Assembly: GCA_017654855.1 (NCBI GenBank)
Contig: CM030332.1
Span: 6,200,001 to 6,264,000 of the forward strand
Origin: Podospora anserina
Lineage: Eukaryota
Direction of reading: 5' to 3'
DNA: 64,000 nt
Under the pieces are notes generated by a model. The model was given only the letters and a program-made list of their open reading frames with translations. It ran no database searches and was not told the DNA's origin. The position numbers and the translations under genes are program-made. Below, one piece after another: positions 10,260 to 24,182 of the stretch (its first letter is position 1; every line of letters begins with the position of its first letter).

Positions 10260-13200
10260 ATGAAGCAGAGATTCTCGTCCTTGGACGTAAAGGTGTGTGT
10301 AACCCCCCGTATATTCTTTTCACACGCATCCTGACCCCGCTTTCCAGGTGATAGCCCACGAGCTCTCCGAAGCCCTCGTCAGCCTCCGCCTAGCCAACAT
10401 CTACGACCTCAACTCCAAAATCCTCCTCTTCAAGTTCGCCAAACCCGACAACCGCCAACAGCTCCTCATCGAATCCGGCTTCCGCTGCCACCTCACAGAC
10501 TTTGCCCGCTCCACCGCCCCGGCCCCTTCAGCCTTCGTCGCCCGCCTGCGCAAGTTCCTCAAGACCCGGAGAGTCACCAGCGTCTCCCAGATCGGCACAG
10601 ACAGAATTATCGAGTTTCGATTCTCCGACGGAGCCTACAGGTTATACCTCGAGTTCTTCGCCAGCGGCAACGTCATCCTCACCGATGCCGACTTGACCAT
10701 CATCGCCCTGTTGCGGAATGTTCCCGAAGGCGAGGGACAAGAGCCACAGCGGGTTGGGCTGAAGTACACCCTCGAAAACAGACAAAACTTTGGCGGCGTC
10801 CCGGAGCTCACAAAAGAGCGTCTGAGAGCTGCGTTGAAGACGGCAGCGGAGCATGCGGTTACGAAAAAGGCAAAGAAGAAGGGGGCGGACGAGCTGAGGA
10901 GGGGGTTGGCAACTACCATCACCGAGTTACCCCCTGTGCTGGTTGATCACGTCTTTCGACTAACCGAGTTCAACTCTGCCGCGAAGCCCCTTGAGATTCT
11001 GGAGAGCGAGACTTTGCTGGATTCTCTGTTTCGGGCGTTGGAGAAGGCGAGGGCGGTGCTGGACGAGGTGACGAGCTCGCCCAGGGCAACGGGATATATC
11101 ATTGCCAAGCCTAATCCGCGTGCTGTCGAGCAGCCACCAGCGGAGACTGAAGGGGAGACGCAGAAAGAGAAGCCTAGGGGTCTGCTCTATGAAGATTTCC
11201 AGCCTTTCCTTCCAAAACAGTTCGAGGATGATCAGGGGCTGACAACACTTTCCTTTGATGGGTACAACAAGACGGTTGACGAGTTCTTCTCTTCTATCGA
11301 GGGACAGAAGCTTGAGTCCAAGTTGCAGGAGCGGGAAGCTACTGCCAAGAGGAAATTGGATGCTGCCCGTCAGGACCAGGCCAAGAGGATCGAGGGGCTG
11401 GTTGGTTTCCAGACGTTGAACTTGCGCAAGGCTGCCGCTATTGAGGCCAATATTGAACGTGTTCAAGAGGCTATGGATGCGGTTAATGGGCTGCTTGAGC
11501 AGGGCATGGACTGGGTTAACATCAACAAGCTTGTCGAGCGAGAGCAGGCGCAAGGGAACCCCGTGGCCGAGATCATCAAGCTACCTGTGAATCTCGCCGA
11601 GAGCACAATTACCCTGTTGCTTGGCGAGGAAGAGGAGGAAGAGGCAGGTGAAGATGAAGATATGGAATTCAACTACGATACCGACGAAGAGGTCGTTGAT
11701 GCTGCTCCCGAACCTGAGAAGGCCAAGGGGCCGGATAAGCGATTGGCAATCGACATCAACCTCAAACTCTCCGTCTGGAACAATGCTCGGGAATACTACG
11801 AGCAAAAGAGGACCGCTGCCGACAAGGAAAAGAAGACCGTTGCGCAGTCGGTTATTGCGCTCAAGAGTGCTGAGCAAAAGATTACAGAGGACTTGCGGAA
11901 GGGGCTTAAGCAGGAGAAGCCTGTGCTGCAGCTGATCAGGAAGCAGATGTGGTTTGAGAAGTTCGTCTGGTTTATCTCCTCAGATGGCTATCTTGTGCTT
12001 GGTGGGCGAGATGCGCAGCAGAATGAGATTCTGTACAAGCGGTACTTGAAAAAGGGTGACGTGTATGTTCACGCCGATATGCACGGTGCATCCACCGTCA
12101 TCATCAAGAACAGCCCCAAGACCCCTGATGCGCCAATTCCGCCTTCAACACTGGCTCAGGCGGGTAGCTTGTCGGTGTGCTGCTCGAGTGCGTGGGATAG
12201 CAAGGCAGCGATGGGCGCGTGGTGGGTGAATGCCGATCAAGTGTCCAAGTCTGCTCCGACGGGCGAGTACCTCCCGGCCGGGTCCTTCATGGTCAGGGGA
12301 AAGAAAAACCCGCTGCCACCGGCTCTTCTGATGCTCGGGTTCGGGTTGATGTTCAGGATATCAGAGGAAAGCAAGGCAAAGCATGTCAAGCATAGGCTGT
12401 ACGACGGCGATATCGATCTTGCTCCCCCATCGAAGCCCGAGAAGGAGACCGAAAAGGAAGCCGCCCCAGAGCAAGACAACCACGAAGACTCTGGCACCGA
12501 CGGAGACGACGACGGCCCCGAAGACGAAAAGAGATCCAACCCTCTTCAGTCCAGCGGTAAACCCCAGTCCGAGGACGAAGATGAAGAAGCCCCTGAGCCC
12601 CCATCAGACCAACTCTCCAACCTCGATATCGCCCCCGTGGAAGAAAAAAAGCAACAAGCTGAACCCGAACCAACCCCCGTCTCCAATTCCGACTCTGAGT
12701 CTGACCACGAAGAGGAAGAAAAGGAAATCGGAACTCCCTCCAGAACCGGCACCTTCACCCCCTCCCAATCCCAACCCCAACCCAACAAGAGATCCCTCAA
12801 ACGCGGGCAACGCTCCAAAGCCAAAAAGATTGCCCAAAAATACAAAAACCAAGATGAAGACGACCGCGCCTTGATGGAAGAACTCCTCGGTGTGGCTGCT
12901 GCACGCAAAAAGGCCGAAGCCGAAGCAGCGGCAAAGAAGCAAAAAGAACTAGACCACCTCGCCGCGATGGAAAAACGGCGCAAACAACAGGAGAGGCAAC
13001 AAGCACAAATCGCCAAGCACGAAGAAATCCGCAAGATGATGCTTGAAGAAGGTGTGGATATTCTCGACGAGAACGAAAAGGCCGATGCAGGACCGTTGGA
13101 AAGTCTTGTCGGGACCCCGATGCCAGGGGATGAGATACTGGAGGTTGTGCCTGTTTGTGGACCTTGGGGTGCACTGGGGAAGTTGAAGTATAAGGTCAAG

Positions 13201-13521
13201 TTGCAGCCTGGGCAGGTGAAGAAGGGGAAGGCGGTCAAGGAGATTTTTGAGAGGTGGAAGCTGGCTGCCGGCAAAAAGGGGGTTGTTGACCCCAAGGGGG
13301 AGGATGGGGAGAAGATGTGGCCTAGGGAGGTGGAGCTGATTAAGGGGGTCAAGGTGGAGGAGGTGCTTGGGGTGGTGCCGGTTGGGAAGGTGACGCTCAT
13401 GGCCGGGGGTGGGATGTTGGGGGGAGGGGCGGATAAGAAGGGTGGTGGTGGTGGGGGCCAGAGTAAAGGCGGGAAGGGGAAGGGGGGTGGTGGTGGTGGT
13501 GGTGGGAAGAAGGGAAGGTAA
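10260..13521 (+). CDS. rqc2: Ribosome quality control complex subunit 2 (Rqc2/Tae2/NEMF); exons 10260-10292 and 10348-13521
   Basis: MKQRFSSLDVK/VIAHEL...LRLANIYD NFACT-N start; WFEKFVWFISSDGYLVLGGRDAQQNE NFACT-R; KYKVKLQPGQVKKGKA NFACT-C; 55-nt GT..CTGAC..CAG intron. Confidence 0.95.
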
Positions 13522-13669
13522 ATAAGGTGATGATGTGAAGTTTTGGAAAATGAGTGTAGATATTCAGTCATGTGTATTTGACGCTAGCGTGTAAAAAGCG
13601 TTGTTTCCACCTCGTCCCAGCTAACCTCTGCGGATTTCATCCCATCTCCCCACCGCATCAAACTTTATA

Positions 13670-15105
13670 CTACCTCTTCCTAACATAAACAAACAACCCC
13701 TCGTCCCTCCCGGCAAAGCTAGGCAGAGGCACTTGAACCACCTTTTCCCACTTTCCCCTCTGTTCTTGCGATTCCAACATGAAACTATCCATCGTCCCCT
13801 TCCCTCTGCCGAAGGAAGTATACCCGTTCTTGTTTTGAGTCCCAGCCACAACGACGACATCACCTTGATATTCTTTCATCAGATCCTTGGTAAAAGAACC
13901 AGAGCCGTCTGGTCCCGTGATGGGGTAGACAAGGAGGAGGATGTGGGATTTGTGTTGAGAATCAGGAAGGGAGTGGAGGTAGGATGTGCCGGTTGTCAGG
14001 TGGGTGTCTTTGAGCCAGGTGACTCTCCTAATCAGGGCAGTCAGTGTGTCGCTTATAAAAGAAGGGAAGGTGTTTTTGGTTGGCGGAAGATGGATGGATG
14101 GGTAAGGGGCAACATACCATTCACTCTGCATATTGTCCACAGCCACAGTCTCCAGCCCACACTGCCTCAGCATAAAACTCCAATATCCACTCCCACTGCC
14201 CACGTCCAAAATCTTGAGCGGTGGTGGCTTTTCTTTTTTGGCCTTCTTCTTGGATTCCTTCTTGCCGTTCGTAGCCCCGTTCCCATTTCCATTTTCGGGC
14301 CCAACATTGTCATTTCCGTCAGCTGTGCTATCGCCGTTCTTCTTAACCCCCTCCACGGCTAGGGTTTTGATAATGGAAAGACTCTCATAACTGGGAACCA
14401 CACAGCCAAAATGGTGCATCACCACCGGCAAAACCCAGTGGCTCTTCAACCCCTGACCTCCCACCGGCCCGCACCACTCGAGGTTTTGACAGGTCCATCT
14501 CCAGAAGTCAAGATACGGGTTTAATGGCAGTGATGCAACGTTCTTGACCCTGGGGATTTGGAGGGAGGGCCATGCTGGGTTAATGTAGCGTTTTGAGGAT
14601 AAGTTCTCCGCTACCAAGGCTTGGATGGAAGATTTCCTCGCGTTGGAAACAAAAGACTTTAGCGCCGAGGATGGGGAGAGGGAGGGAGTGAAGAGATTTG
14701 TATAGGCGGCTATATCCGTTGTTGACGGGGGAGGAAGGGGTGTCTGGAGGGGGTGTTAGCTAGGCGTGGAGGAGAAGGGGCTGGAAAAGGGTGGGAGGGA
14801 TAAACACAATATACCTCACCGTCCTTCGCCCCCTCGTACCACCCATGCAGCCCCTTCTCTGCCCCCATCTCAACCCCCCTCTGCACCTGCCCCAGCGTCA
14901 CACTAGCCAAAGCATGATACACATAATCGTCCTTCCCCGCCTCCGGCATACCAAACCACAACCTGACCGCCCCTTCAAAATCATTCCTCTCCTCCAACAA
15001 CTTCAAAGCAGCTTGATGCCTGTCGTGATCACCCACTGCCTTCTCCGGCTCAAAGTCGGGATTGCCGACGCAGTGAACAAACGGTTTGGGTGTCTTGGTT
15101 GGCAT
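13670..15105 (-). CDS. Conserved fungal protein with class I SAM-dependent methyltransferase-like motif; exons 15105-14815, 14743-14118, 14027-13670
   Basis: Two canonical introns join the ORF-track fragments in frame; motif ILDVGSGSGYWSFML...VAVDN. Confidence 0.75.
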
Positions 15106-15843
15106 TTTCAGTAGCAGTAGTAGGAAGGTTGTCTATTTACTTTGGGAACATCCACTTCGCGAAAAGAAAAAATCATCTGAAGTTTTTGGAGGTTGCTTTG
15201 GTAAAGTCAAAGGGCAACGACCAAAACATATCCAGGCCGGAAGCGATGATGTCATTGCTCTGTTTGTCAACCACCACCAAGCTCAATTTCCATCTCCACT
15301 ACAACTATCACCTCCACCCATCACACAGGAAATGACATTTTATCACATTCCAAAGAGCATTGAACATACATATACTATGAGGCCAGAGTAATTATAATCT
15401 CGCTAAATCCCCATTGGCTGCTGCTGCGCTACTGTACAGTAAAACAACACCGAGACCGCCAGTCAGATCCCGTTAACACGCATACGTCTTCAAAACAGCA
15501 GCAGTCAGCATGGTGGGTTCGATTCTTCTCCAGTCTCGCTATCATATTCGTTAATTCGGATCAAGACTTGATGCCAACCTCGGTATGCATGTGTACCCGG
15601 GACCGCAGGTGTGCTCGCAACCGCAGGTGTTTCCAGCATAAAATGCGGGCCTACATGCCATCTGAGGCGCCTCCTCATTCTATACCATGATTGATATGTT
15701 AGGAGATGTACTCTCGCTACCATCAACTCCCTGCCTTCTCCAAAGAAGAGTCACCAGCATCCATTCCCCGCCCAAACTGGGAATCCAAGTAGAGAGAAGT
15801 TTGGAGATTCGAAGTCGCGAGGGGTCAAACGCCTTGAACCCTT

Positions 15844-17435
15844 CTAACGCCTCGAAGGCTTGCTCTTAGTTTGTTTCACGCCTGGCTGAATTCGAGCCAT
15901 CATCTCCTCCTTTGTGATCAAGTGATCAACCCGCTCCAGGTGACCCAACAGGCTCTTCATGTTGAAGCTCCACTCGTTCAAGATATCATCAGCATCGCGA
16001 GGCTTGGCAAAGTTGACGATGCGGGCAGGCCGGTCAATCTTGGCATACACTGTCTTGGATGTCACCAGCTCGCTGATGTACTTCTCCGTCTCTTCCTCGG
16101 TCAGATCCAGGAGTTGTGTCAGACGGCCCATCCGGATGCGGGTGTAGTACTTGGCCACCACGCGCACATTGTGCTCAATCACACGCTTGCGCAAGTCTTG
16201 CCATCTGCCAAACGCCTTCTCATCGCCCGATTGTCCCTCGGCTGAATCAAAGATCTCGGTGCTGCACAAATGGGGGCCGAACATCTTGGATACTTGAGGC
16301 CACCGCATCAGCTCCTGTACCGTAAAGAGCTCCAAGAGCTCAGCATCCTCCGGAACGGCCGTGTTTCGCGTGTCCTTGTGAATGCGGTGGAGCAAATCGT
16401 GTTGCTCGTTGTCGTATGGTGCCAGGATGATGAAGTAGATGATTCTCTGCAGGACCTGATAAAGAGTCAGCTTGTGAAACTACCAACAGTGGGCGAAGAA
16501 GAAACATACAGCTCGTAGTTTGACGGGGTCCTCCTCCACCGTCTCCGTGTCAAGCACTTGTCGGTAGTGCTTGCAAACATCCAGGTATTTGGAGTCATGC
16601 TTGGCGAGCGTGATCTGTTGCTCGTAGTACCGGAGCTTGAGATCTGTGACATCGTCCTCCTTTACCTCTGGCACCTCTTCGCCGGCCTTCGCCTTCTTCT
16701 CACGTTCCTGCTGCTCCTTGTCAAGCTGCTCCTGTGTCTTTTTGGGCTTGCGCGCCAGGTATCTGGTGCTGATTTTACGACTGAGAATACCGGCTTGGGT
16801 CCAGTCGCCAATTTCAATGCACAGAGCCACCTGCGCCAGAATAAATTCGGTCTTTTCCCGACGTTCCATAGACCCAAACGTCTCGACCTGGAGCTCGCAC
16901 AGAATATCCGTCGCCGCCTTTAGATCGCCTTGTTGCTTCTTGATGTCTGACAGAATCTTGGTCACACGCGCCCGCTCGACCTCGACAAAGATCTTGCCCT
17001 CGGTAACGGTACGGAGGGTCTCGATGACGGAGAGCTTGATCTCTAGGGTGGGGGTCTGGTCGAGGAAGTCCATGACGGTTTGCACCATCTTGGTGATGGC
17101 CTGTTTGAGTTGGCCATGCTTCTTGGAGAGGATAAGGGTCTGTTCGCTGAGGAGGGCCCAGTCACCGGCATTCTTGCAGAGGGTAACGATGGCGATGAGG
17201 ATTCGGGATGTGGAGGCGAGATCGGATGCCTGACGGGCTTGCTTCTCAAGAATAGACAGTTTTTCGATAGCACCCTGGAGATCCGTCTGTTTTCCCGCGG
17301 AGCCGTCAGTGAAAATACAATGCAACGATGAACCCACCCAATACACAGTACCTTTGCGAGCTGCTCAGCCTCGGGAAGCTGCTGGTCCACCTCCTTGGAG
17401 TAGTCCTTCTCAGGCTTGAACGCAGCGTCCGCCAT
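15844..17435 (-). CDS. rpn5: 26S proteasome lid subunit Rpn5 (PCI domain); exons 17435-17352, 17286-16510, 16455-15844
   Basis: LEKQARQASD, VTEGKIFVEVERARVT, LQVETFGSME, RVIEHNVRVVAKYYTRI, YAKIDRPARIVNF; two canonical introns. Confidence 0.96.
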
Positions 17436-18558
17436 TGTGAGAAGTGCGATGGATTAGTGTATCTGGTGCGTTCTGTGTTGTCGAATGCTATTTCGGAGCT
17501 GTGCGCAGACAGAAAGTTGGTCTCGTGGAAAAGAAAATGGCTGTCTTGAAGTGGCTTGTGGTTGATGTCGAGTGGTGTTGCTGAAGGCAAGCCCCAGTCT
17601 CCAGCCCAGCCCACGTCAGTTCGCTCTGCCTACCACGAGGCTGGGCTTGGCAGCTCATTTGAGGCTGGAGCTAGGACCAGCCCCACCTTTCAGCAGCTTT
17701 CCAGCCACACAGTGTGGCTGATGCTCTATCAGTCATCACCAGGATCACAGAGGTACCTTCCAGGTCCACAGCTGCAAGGCACACAAAGAACAGTCCGGGT
17801 GGGGCCATGCCCTCGTATGGGAGACAGGCTTCCAGGCCCCTTCCATTTCTAATCCAACAACTCTCAAATGGAAGAAGTCCTTCGTTCGGTGTCCGATGCA
17901 TGTCCGGTTGACCCAGATCTTGGACCAAAGATAAACCAAAAGTATATCGGAGGGTTTTGGTGCTTGTATATGTGTACGGAGTGCCTGTGAGCATGTGTAT
18001 GATGAACTGATCTTCTTCTTCGCGGGCGGAACGGGTTACCCGTTGCCACCAGCTCATCTATCCATGTGCTGCACCTGACAAGCAGACGGGGTTTTTCCAG
18101 TCTTTCTCTCCCAATCTGATTGGTATCCCGACAATTCAATAGGGTCCGAGATCCTGCATCTGCAATCTCTTTTCGCCCTCCCTACCAGCGGTCGGGATGT
18201 CCCTGAACAGAGCCTGTCACTTCGGCTCTTGAACCCAGGCACCACCCCCCACCGCAGCCACGAGCTACCCCAAGCTTGGAGATCACTGGACCCCCGGCGG
18301 ACCACTCGCCTGTCTTTCTTTCAATAAGAATCACACGCTCCTCTTTTCGCGATCCCAGATCTCCGTTTCAACCTAACTCAGGTACAAGTGTTCAGTCTCC
18401 TGCCGCCGGCTCTGTTTTTGTGAGCAACCACCGGCCAACCCGACAATCGACATTTTATCCCTGGAGTGCTTTTTGCCGTGTCGCACCACCCAAACGACGA
18501 GTTGCTCGTCATTGTTGTACGCTCATCATCGCTGTTCATTCAAAAAAAAGACGGCACG

Positions 18559-20017
18559 ATGGTTCAGTCACAGGGCAAGCCATCCATGCCGGTTTTGCCA
18601 GGTCCAATGCACGAGGGTATAGCCCAGCCAAAAGATGGACCATCGGATTCATCCAACGCGGCTTCAAACGCTACCACTCAACTAACCTTGACCGGACCCC
18701 AGGACCTCCTCAACAGCACAAAGGGTCATGACCTGCCTGGCCGAGCCTCATTTGACAGTCTTTCGTCTGACCTCGGAAGGCCTTCTCTGTCCACCGAAGG
18801 CAACCGCTCGGTATTCTCTCTAGCGCAGAATTACCGCGTCGGCAACTCTTCAGAATCGCTAGACACTGCCTACTCGGCAGATTTGACCCTACCACCCATC
18901 CAGCTTCCTCCCATACAGCACCTGCCCCACCACAACCAGGACAGCGACTCTGACGAGGACACAGATCAAGACCGAATCGCTGCACAGCAGGCAGAAGAAG
19001 GCAGTATCATTGTTGATTCCGACGACCTGGGTACTGATGACGGTTACGGCTCTGACACAAACACCACGGCCTCCACGTCCCTGGCAGATAGTGTGAGGGA
19101 GTTCATCTACGAGAACGGGCGGAGATATCACAAGTTCCGGGAGGGCATGTACAACTTCCCTAACGATGATGTGGAGCAGCAGAGGGAGGATATGAAGCAT
19201 CAGATGGTCAAGCTGCTTTGTGGGAAGTTGTTCTTTGCGCCCATTGACAGGCCGCAGCAGGTTCTGGATATTGGGACGGGGACGGGGATATGGGCCATCG
19301 AGATGGCGGATGAGTTCGTGGGGGCCGAGGTGCTGGGGGTGGATTTGAGTCCGCATCAGCCGGACTGGGTCCCACCCAATGTCAAGTTCATGATTGACGA
19401 CGTGGAGAGCCCATGGCTGCACCCGAGTAATCATTTTGACTATATCCACTCGAGGCACACGGTTATGGCCATCAAAGACTGGCCGAGGTTGATGAGACGG
19501 GCGCAGGAGTAAGTTTCCTACAAGATGTGGAAAAACGAGATTTGGCTGACAAAGGAATAGATGCATGAGGCCCGGGGGTTGGTTTGAAATGCAAGAGGTG
19601 TATCATTTTCCGATTTCAGTGAACGACTCGATGCCGCCGAACCATCCTATCGCGCGGTACTGGTCTTTGATCAACGAGGGTTTAGAACGGCTCGGTGTCG
19701 ACTTCCACGCCGTTGCCGGGGGCAAGCTTGCGAACAAGATGCGTGACGCTGGGTTTGTCAATGTCACGGAGAGGGTGCTGCAGATACCCATTGGGACGTG
19801 GCCCAAGAACAGGATCTTGAAAACGGTGGGATTGTATTGGAGGACTATTTTGCTTGACGGCATCCAGGCAATTGCTCTTGGTCCCTTGACAAGAGGCCTT
19901 GGGTGGTCACAGTCGGACGTGGAGATGCTGCTGATGGAGGTTAGGAGAGCATACAAGGACAACAGTTGTTTGTTGTATATGCCGTTTCACATCATCTACG
20001 GACAGAAACCGGCGTGA
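18559..20017 (+). CDS. LaeA-like SAM-dependent methyltransferase; exons 18559-19508 and 19561-20017
   Basis: YENGRRYH...YNFPND, VLDIGTGTGIWAIEMAD, GVDLSPHQPDWVPPNVKFMIDD, RPGGWFE, PIGTWPK, YGQKP; 52-nt GTAAGT..GCTGAC..TAG intron. Confidence 0.9.
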
Positions 20018-22399
20018 TGGACAGTATTCGGGATTGTTTGGAGGTTATTTGTTTCAAGGTCATGCACGATACCAACATTTGTTCTTCTTTTGGATAATGC
20101 ACGTCATGTCTGAATCCTTCCCGATGTCAAGGAACGCATGGATCTTGTGCTGCCAGTGCCGATGTGGTATCTCTCCTGTCAAAGGGCTTTGAGCTGTCAA
20201 CACAACATGAAGAGGCCAACCACATGTGTGAGACATGCACCACGCAGGAGAAGGGCGGCGGAGCTTGACCGCTTACCCAAGATGACAGCTTATCACACAT
20301 GTTTTCTCATGACCAATGTACGCTAATACGGTGAGCCTATTTTCACCTTGCTCACCACATGTATGTCATACGCCCCGCCGTGATTCGACAGGAGTTGTCC
20401 TGAGTGGGGAAGTATACCAGACCCGACAGAACGACAGCGAACTGCTGTACGGATACCATGACCATGATGCGGAGCGGCTAGACTGCTAGAGAAGAAACAG
20501 AAACAGAAGCTATGGATACCGGTGGGTTGTGGCCGTTGTCCCCACCCTCCCGCGCTGCCCGCCGAGACCAGCAATTTTACCCGTTTGGCTGGGGGAATTT
20601 CCGAACATCCCATCAATCACCTCCTCAACACTCCCCCGGGGCGGGCGCCGGGCAGTTTCCAAGAGACCGGAACCTACCCAAGAGCTGCAAATCGACCAAA
20701 TGAATCACGCACTTGCTGGCATTCCTTGCTTGTGTTGCTCTCTGATTGGGCATAATTAGGACACCACCATTGCATGTCTGGGTAGAGACACCACCCAGTG
20801 GGACATGGGCATCTCTGTTCCCAGCACCCTTCCCCTTGCCTTCGTCTCTCCGAAACAGGACCCATGGGTATTTTGCGCCATCCCCCACCACGGAGGAACC
20901 ACGCTCGAACCACCACCACCACAACGACCCGACACCTTGGCTGCTTAATCTAGGATAATTTGCCGGATTGGCCTGCATGGCTTGCAGGAAAGAGAAGTTT
21001 TGATCTATTGTGATAGGCCGGGAAGTGCCGACTGGGTTTCCAGGGACACGGTTGTCGATTTTTGGTGATGATGCTGGAGGCATCTTGACGATGATTTTGG
21101 CCGGTAGGTAGACCAGAGTCAAATACCGAAAAGAATCGGTAGGACCAACTTGACGGCATCACGGATCTTACTTGAGAAAAAGACGATAGTTTGCTGAATT
21201 ACCACACTATCCTCCTTCGCGGATGCATTAGCCTGCACAGAAAGGAGCCGTCTCGCTGCACCTGCAGGGGCAGGCACCCACGACATGGTTCCATACTGGG
21301 GACGCTCCGGGCAGCGGGGCATGGGCAGGTCGAACGGAGTCCCAACTGGAGTCGCGGCTCACCCCTTTTGGCCCTTTGGAATCATGGGATTATCCCTCCA
21401 AAGGGGGCCTGGTGCCTTCACAAACCCCCTCTTAGCCATCCTTGGGGTGGAATGGCCCGTCTGCTGGGTCTTTTGCCAAAAGGCGATAAAGCGTCGGCAA
21501 CCTGCGTTTCTTGCTTTGACGGTAAGACTTTTTCTCTCCCGGTTATGTGCGTGAAGGACCTCTAGCATCACGGACTGCAATCCTCTCTCATTTTTCCCCC
21601 CATCCGACAAAAGAAGCATATCAAAGATACTGATCTTTGTACTTGCAAGGAGACCCCTGTCATCCCTTTTCACACACAACACACACACACACCATCACGA
21701 AGCTCAACCGCAGATATATCGGCCGATCGACTGCCTTCTGCCCTTCTGCCCTTGCTCTCCAAGCCGGACGTGATCACTTATTAGCATTGCTATATTTATT
21801 CATTTTTTCGCTGACGTTCATAACTGGAGTTTTGTATCTCGGTGTAACCACATTAATGAGACAATCCCATGCCATTTCTGCATAGTACGTTTACCAGCGA
21901 GACGGCCCCGGGTCGCCTTGTCCCACATGAGAACCTTTCTGTCGGATCCTGGCTTATACAGACTTATAGGAATTTTTGACTCCAGGTTTCACCTCGTGGT
22001 GGCTCATCGTTGAATTTTGATACTTGCGGGTATGTGACCTTTTCTTTTGTTGCTGGCGTCTGTAGGCCAACATGGATACATGCATACATATTTGGACGTG
22101 ATCACTTTTGGCTGCTTATCGTCTGGGGGCCATATGATCGAGATGTGGCTTATGGTTGACTGTTTAAGAGCGAGCTACTCATCATCCTTCCGCCATTATC
22201 TCCCTTTGGATACTCATCTGATCTCACCCCCGAGCAGAAATCGCACCGGTTGGACTCGACTAACGGATCCCCCCTAATAGGACGGTTCAACTGGCGGAAT
22301 TCAGTTCGGTATCCCCGGTTTTTTCGGAGGACATAAGTTGTCATTGTGTAATTCAGTTTTGCCTCTATCGACAAAGAACCACACTTGAAATCGCCCAAC

Positions 22400-24182
22400 A
22401 TGGCCAAACTCAAGCTCAGTTCCATCTTCAGCCCCAGCAGCTCCAACAATGCTGCCTCGACAAAAGAGGGAGAGACCAAAGACCTCAAAAAGTCCAACCG
22501 CCGCTCCTTCTCGGCCCTCTCTGCTTCCCTCCTCGGTACCAAGGACACGGAGACGAACGGTACTAGCGCTGCTACCTCGTCCAAGTCTGCTACCCCATCC
22601 GTGGCCCCGGGTCCGGCGGCGCCGGCCACAACGTCAGAGATGGTCGCCCTGGCCCAAAAGATCACCAGGGAGACGGAGAAGCTCGAGGCCTACATGAAAG
22701 AGCATGACCTCCCCATGCCGAGCTTTGACGCCAGTGCCCCGGCAGATTTCCCCAAGCTGCCGGATGAAATTGCCCAGAGCAGGAAGGCGATTATCTCGGC
22801 GACGAAGGAGCTGGGGCTGTTGGCTCATGGGCCGAGGGAGAGTGTGAGATGGGGGATTTGGGAGGTGTGTTTTTTTTATTCTTCGCTCCCACCACCACCT
22901 CACAATACTGACTTGTGCTCCAGTTCCTTGACACCCTCGCCCTCGCCGCCATCAACCACTATGGCATCGCCAAGCTCGTTCCCCTCGACGCCCCCATCTC
23001 CCTCGCCGACCTCCAGGCCAAAACCACGCTCGATCCCATCAACCTCGCCCGTTTGATCCGTCTCGCCATCACCAACAAGATCTTTTACGAGCCCACCCCC
23101 GGCCTCATCGCCCACACGGCCGCCTCCAGGGTCCTGGCAGAGGACTCTGACCTCCAGGCCTGGGTCGGCTTCAACGGGGAGGACATCCTCCCCGCCTCCG
23201 CCCACGTCCTCCAAGCCCTGCAAACCCACCCCGAGGCCACCTCCCTCACCCGGACCGGGTTCCAGTTTGCCTTCAACACCGTCGACAAAGAACCCATGTT
23301 TGTCACCTTTGGCAAGGACCCCGACAGAGCCAAGCGCATGGGAAAAGCGATGGTGTCGCTGACGGGCGGGGAGGGCTACGAGCCGTTTTGGTTCGTCGAC
23401 GTGGAAAGAGGCGGGTATGACTTCGGTGAGATTGACGCGAGGGGGGGAACGTTGGTCGACGTGGGCGGCAGCCACGGCTTCATGTGCGTCGCCCTGGCGG
23501 AGAGGTGGAAGAACATGAAGTTTGTCGTGCAGGACCTGCAAAAGACGGTCGACAGCGCGCCGAAGCCGATCTCGTCCGACGCTCAGGTCGCCGAGCGGAT
23601 CACGCTGCTGCCTCACGATTTCTTTACCGAGCAGGTGACCAAGGAGGCGGACGTCTACTTCTTCCGCTGGATCCTCCACAATTACTCGACCCCCTACGCG
23701 CTCCAGATCCTCCGCAACCTCGTCCCCGCCCTCAAGCCGGGCGCCCGCATCATTATTAATGATCACTGCCTGTTTGAGGGGTCGGGGCAGGAAGACCCCT
23801 GGGACGAAAAGGTCATGCGCCGCATGGATGTCGTGATGCTCAGTCTGCTCAACGCGCAGGAGCGTACCGAGTCCGAGTTCAGAGAGTTGTTCGCCAAGGC
23901 CGGGGAGGGGAATCAAAAGGGGGAGTTTGTTTTCAAGGTAATATTTTTTTTTAACTTTTCTCAACAATACGTCTCTTTTTGCTTATGGTGAATGTTAGCT
24001 GACAGAGTTGGGGGGAAAAATAGGGCGTCAAAAGACCAGAGGGCTGCAGAATGAGTATCATCGAGGCGGTCTGGCAGCTCAGGGAGGAGGCTCCTACTGT
24101 TGCGGCTGTCGAGGAGGTCAAGGAAGGGGAGGAGACCCCTGCTGCTGTTGAAGAGCCCAAGACTGAGGAAAAGGCTGAGTGA
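22400..24182 (+). CDS. O-methyltransferase (Methyltransf_2, fungal secondary-metabolite type); exons 22400-22864, 22924-23937, 24024-24182
   Basis: LVDVGGSHG, FVVQDL, HDFFTEQ..ADVYFFRWILHNY, LKPGARIIIND, NAQERT; two canonical introns; last exon GVKRPEGCRMSIIEAVW..EKAE*. Confidence 0.92.

Noticed and set aside
12546-13571. 341-aa minus ORF, and similar antisense ORFs over the O-MT, HK, ade1 and alo1 genes
   Set aside because: Fully antisense to well-supported genes; explained by codon bias
20300-21700. Cluster of 70-165 aa ORFs between the two methyltransferase genes
   Set aside because: No recognisable domain or clean intron model; likely promoter or intergenic sequence
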